Below, piece by piece: positions 60,116 to 64,000 of a stretch of DNA of 64,000 bases (positions are counted from its first letter, which is position 1; each line of letters opens with the position of its first letter). The translations under genes and the position numbers were made by a program. The notes beneath the pieces were generated by a model. The model was given only the letters and a program-made list of their open reading frames with translations, did not search any database and had not been told where the DNA came from. The stretch spans positions 184,202,001-184,266,000 of the forward strand of contig CM097882.1 of the NCBI GenBank assembly GCA_044892505.1, read 5' to 3'. Source of the DNA: Schmidtea nova. Taxonomy: Eukaryota.

Positions 60116-60927
60116 ACTGAGTTTAAAAATTACTTCCAACTTAAAATTGATTTTGACCACTACAAATTTAAATGCCTTTGAATATTTTTGTTAACTAAAT
60201 TTTCAAAATTAACTATTCATTAAATGAACCTTTTACATTTAAGCTAAAATCAATTGAAATCCTTTATCTAAAACCGTATAGTAAACTTAAGATATTTACA
60301 AAAGTGATAAGATAATTTCTATAAATATTAGACTATTGTAATTTATTAAGTGAAAATCAAAATCATTTTCTAAGATAATTATATTTAAAATTTAGAAACA
60401 TATTTATAAAAACACTATCTGTAAAATTAAAATTGTATCGCTTAGTCCAAATAATGGCAGTAAAATTTATTTAAATAACGGTTATTTTAAAATTTAAAAC
60501 GTGTTGTTTTATATGGTAATTAATTGTTCGGAAAACAGTTTAAACATGTCATTATTTAATAATTAGCATCACTGAAATTATACGCATTGGATAATTATAA
60601 AATTTTAAACTTATTACTATTTTTACAATGGCAGAGTCCTCAGAATAGAGACTATTTTCACATACATGCAAATCTCTTATATCGCTTCCCCTAAATATTA
60701 TATATTCATAAACTTCGTCTCTAGGAGATATAAATCTGTCAGAAGGTCTGTCCTCGGTTCCAAATGATTTAACTTAAATCAGTATTAAACACAATTAAGA
60801 GTAAATCTATCAAACCTTTAGACAAAGCAACTGTAGACTCAGTTGGATCAATTGTATAAAGAATACCTTCATAACGGATTCCTGCTTTAGAAATAAGGCT
60901 TATTTTTTTCCCAAGAAAATTAGCCAT
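53016..60927 (-). CDS. LSM14: LSM14/Scd6/RAP55/Trailer hitch P-body protein, multi-exon
   Basis: Exons 60927-60816 and 60772-60618 (43-bp intron) encode [54 protein letters not shown]. The exon ending at 56684 has the FDF (DFDFESSNA) and FFD ([15 protein letters not shown]) boxes. The exon from 53274 has the TFG box (NTETFG) and an RG-rich tail, and the splice phase matches. Middle exon boundaries are uncertain. Confidence 0.93.
53480..54500 (-). mobile_element. mariner (DD34D) remnant in an LSM14 intron
   Basis: [26 protein letters not shown](R)P and HPSYSPDLS-type motifs across frames. One TIR (TTAGGTTGTCCGG) at 53480. Confidence 0.85.
54728..54910. repeat. Near-perfect 183-bp palindrome (about 88-bp arms, 7-nt loop)
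   Basis: ...CACAGCCTTTATCAA TACACGC TTGATAAAGGCTGTG... Confidence 0.9.
55465..56470 (-). mobile_element. Tc1/IS630-like non-autonomous element in an LSM14 intron
   Basis: About 34-bp TIRs CACCGTGTTTCACTGACGTTTCT flanked by TA. Decayed HDNASIH..LPPYSPFFNPIE. Confidence 0.9.
57526..57606. repeat. (TA)n microsatellite
   Basis: Pure TA run. Confidence 0.95.
57848..57861. promoter_or_regulatory. Candidate RFX X-box GTTACCATGGAAAC
   Basis: Matches the GTTNCCATGGNAAC consensus. A weaker GTTTCCCTGGCAAA lies about 30 bp upstream. Confidence 0.4.
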
Positions 60928-63900
60928 GCAAAATATTGTAAAATATATTAATCCACAGTTAATTGAAAAATATCATAACAAAGCTATATTTTAAACAAAA
61001 ACTATTTAAAAGCAAAAAGTTATTCGAAAATATTGTAACCTTTAAATTTGATAAATCATGTTTTAAATAAATGTTTAGTTTAATAGTTTTAAATTTTTTA
61101 ATTTTATATGAAAAATATATTAATCATTTGAAAAGTGGTGGATAAAGTGTATTTTTATTGCATGATTTTTATGTGTAAATTTGACTTGCCAAGGAGAGTT
61201 GTTCGTCTAAAGAAAAAGGAAAAACAGTATAAAAATTCCCACAAACCTTTTTCTAATCAAACTTCATTTTTAATCATAAAGCGATCAAAGATTTCTAAAA
61301 GTTTTCTTTTTATAAATGCTGTTGTATGCGTTTTAAAACAATATTGTTGCTAGGGACTACCGTAACCCACACCTTAGTGAAAATGATAAATCAACCACAC
61401 TCATGTACCAATAGTTATTTTCTGGTAATCTGTGTTGGTAATGTACACGGTAGTGTGAGAATTCAGTGAGCAAGTGAGCTTTGTTGCCAAGACTACTCCT
61501 CATTGTATTCTGTCTTTCTGGTTCATATTGCCAATAGAAGGTCTTCGGGCATAATTACTTTCTCTTTCATATGTCCCCTTGAACTTATTAATTTGAAAAT
61601 TCGTTCTTAAACAATTTGTTAAAATGCACTAACGAAAACAACTGAAGAAAATATGTATATATACCGCCATAAATTTCAGTTTAAACCGGGCACAAACTTT
61701 AAAGGCGAACCCCTCGAAAAAAATTACTTCAAAGCAAAAATTTGTTACCAACTCTCAAAACACTGAAAATTCTAATTTTCAAGCTAGCGCTAGAGCAGAA
61801 TCCTCGATTTCCAAAACTCGAAAGTCCAGTTGAATCAAAGAACTCTTGCCAGGACCCGAAATCAAACTCGGTGTTACGAAATCTTGCGAGGGCCATCCAA
61901 TTAAACGTTAGTGATGTTTTCTAGTTTGGTATGTGATTTTCTGGATTATGCCCCCAGTGGTCCCATACCAGGTATCTTTATTTATTTATGATTCATTGTT
62001 TTACTGATTTCGTTATATTCAATGCATAACTAAAATTTGCCTCAAAAATTAAATTGAAATTATATTTTTACTTTTAAATAATTTTTTTGTTATTGCTTTA
62101 TTCAAAATCATTTATGCTAATTAATAATATGCGATAAGAATAAAGGGGGAAATCCTGACCCACCTACCCATCGACCGAATTATAAAATCAGCATTAACAA
62201 TATATTTGGTGGGTTGTTGATTGTCAATATGACCTTGACGTTGCTATGGCTCACATCAACAACTCAACACATAAAACATTAGAATAATCATCTTGTTGCC
62301 CGTCACATTGTAACGTTGGTAATGCAACAAATGGGTGGGTATTCGCAATCAGTGAGCGTCGAAAATTCGAAACTATGATTGACCGAATAACTCCTGGGTC
62401 CAAGGGCTACCGATAGAAGGTTTAATGCCCATTTTGTCCCTTCAACAAAATTTTATCGGCAATTCAACATAAATATTCCACATAACTATAAATTTATTAT
62501 TGCATCCAAATAAATTATTCCGAGCATCAAAAACACTAACATAACCTTAAATTTTTCGAACATCGAAACCAATGATAATTAACAAATAAAAATTCTTTAA
62601 AATAATTTTTCAATTTATATTTGAAATTTTAAGACCTCAATTTTCATTCTATACACGAAAATTTTATTGATAAACTAAATCAAAGAAAAATTCTTTTGTT
62701 TAAAATCATTAATATGCATCCTCAAGAAAAAAACAAAATTCAAAAATTATCAAGAGTAAGTTAAATAACACGAATTATGTTATTCTAAAACCAATTTAAC
62801 GTTAAGATAAACAACAGGCTGGCACCGTCGGGGGGATGCGGAAGCAGAAGCAGAACCTCCCATCGAAAATAAACCAAAAGAAACTGTAATCCCATCCCAT
62901 GCAAAGCACAACTGCCAATTCTATCGAAAAGTTAGTATTTATAATTATTTAAGAATTATCATTTATCTAATTAATTTTAAATTTAGAAGTTTTGAAGAGA
63001 AAATGAGTCGAGATTGGGAATTGTAAGAGTTGCAAGAAAATCCTCACTGGAAACACTCATATTCACACTACCACAGCCGCAACGAAACTCTAGACGCTTT
63101 GATGAAGACCGTCAATTCTGATTTTGGAAACTTTGGAATGTGATTAATTTGTCTTCTTTTTAATGATATTTATAAAAAATATTTTTCTTTTTGTTGTGGT
63201 ATTATCAATTTCCTTTTATGATAGTGGAATTGTAAGAGCTTTTATTTAACGGGTATTAGAATAATAAAAACTGACTGGAGGGATGCGTGCTTTTATTGTT
63301 AATTTGAAACATCCCGGTATGCTTGAAAATGGATCCGGTATGGCTCCTAGGAATATTGATCGACGGGGAATTTTCCATAGGAAGTTGATGAGGGAAACTA
63401 CTAGTTTAAATTTGAATGTATATGGATGGTAATTTTGGTAAAACGTTTGACTACAGTATGCTGTATTTTGTAATGTGATTTCGGTATAGGATGTAGATTG
63501 TTGATTTTCAAGTTTGTGTGTATGTATACTATTATAGATTTGGGATCTATTTTCTATTGTCATGATTATTTGTGATTGTATGTTGGGGGAAATAAGTGAT
63601 TCAGTGAATGGATATGAATGATTGTGCAGTTTCTGGATGTATGATGCAGACAACTGTTGTGAATGAATTTCTTGTGTGAATGTTTTGGATGTGTGATGCT
63701 GCTAGATGTTAAAGAGTGAAATGATGTTGTGTGTGTATTGTATTTAATTAACTGTAGCATGTGATATTATATATGGATGGTGTTAATGAATGATATGGAT
63801 GTATTGATTTGCAAATAGGGATGTATTATAGTTTTTTCAATACCATGGGGGGTATTTATAAAATAATATATATTTATATATAAAATGATTTTAGAATTAA

Positions 63901-64000
63901 AATAAAAATAATAATTTTTATAATTCTTTTTACAAGATTATAAAGCTACAATTTTATAAAAGTTATACAATGAAATTTCTAATTTCTTATTTTTATAATA

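Overview
AT-rich eukaryotic scaffold, probably from an invertebrate animal: it has 42-55 bp spliceosomal introns, an animal-type LSM14 and four N gaps. Transposable elements dominate. Two things stand out. (1) A 16.6-kb, apparently intact Ty3/Gypsy-type LTR element (13555-30197, minus strand) with near-identical 833-bp LTRs and a 4-bp TSD. Its single 3371-codon ORF reads Gag(4xCCHC), two ubiquitin-like segments, a Bcl-2-like segment, a signal peptide plus chuvirus-like glycoprotein with TM, then PR-RT-RNaseH-IN, then a second membrane protein. A separate DEDDh (REX4/ISG20-like) exonuclease ORF follows. (2) A 382-bp tandem repeat in which the U1 snRNA 5' end (ATACTTACCTGG) lies directly upstream of a type I hammerhead ribozyme. 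The array is framed by Merlin-like TIRs with an 8-bp TSD, and a diverged copy lies about 3 kb upstream. Also present: a decayed Polinton/adintovirus-type pPolB; hAT, Merlin, Tc1/IS630, mariner, pogo and piggyBac remnants; a CsRn1-like Gypsy with a 59-bp array in its LTRs; three older LTRs related to element 1; and two host genes (LSM14 and a 66-aa INO80E/TFPT-like gene). All domain calls come from motif recognition by eye. No database searches were run.
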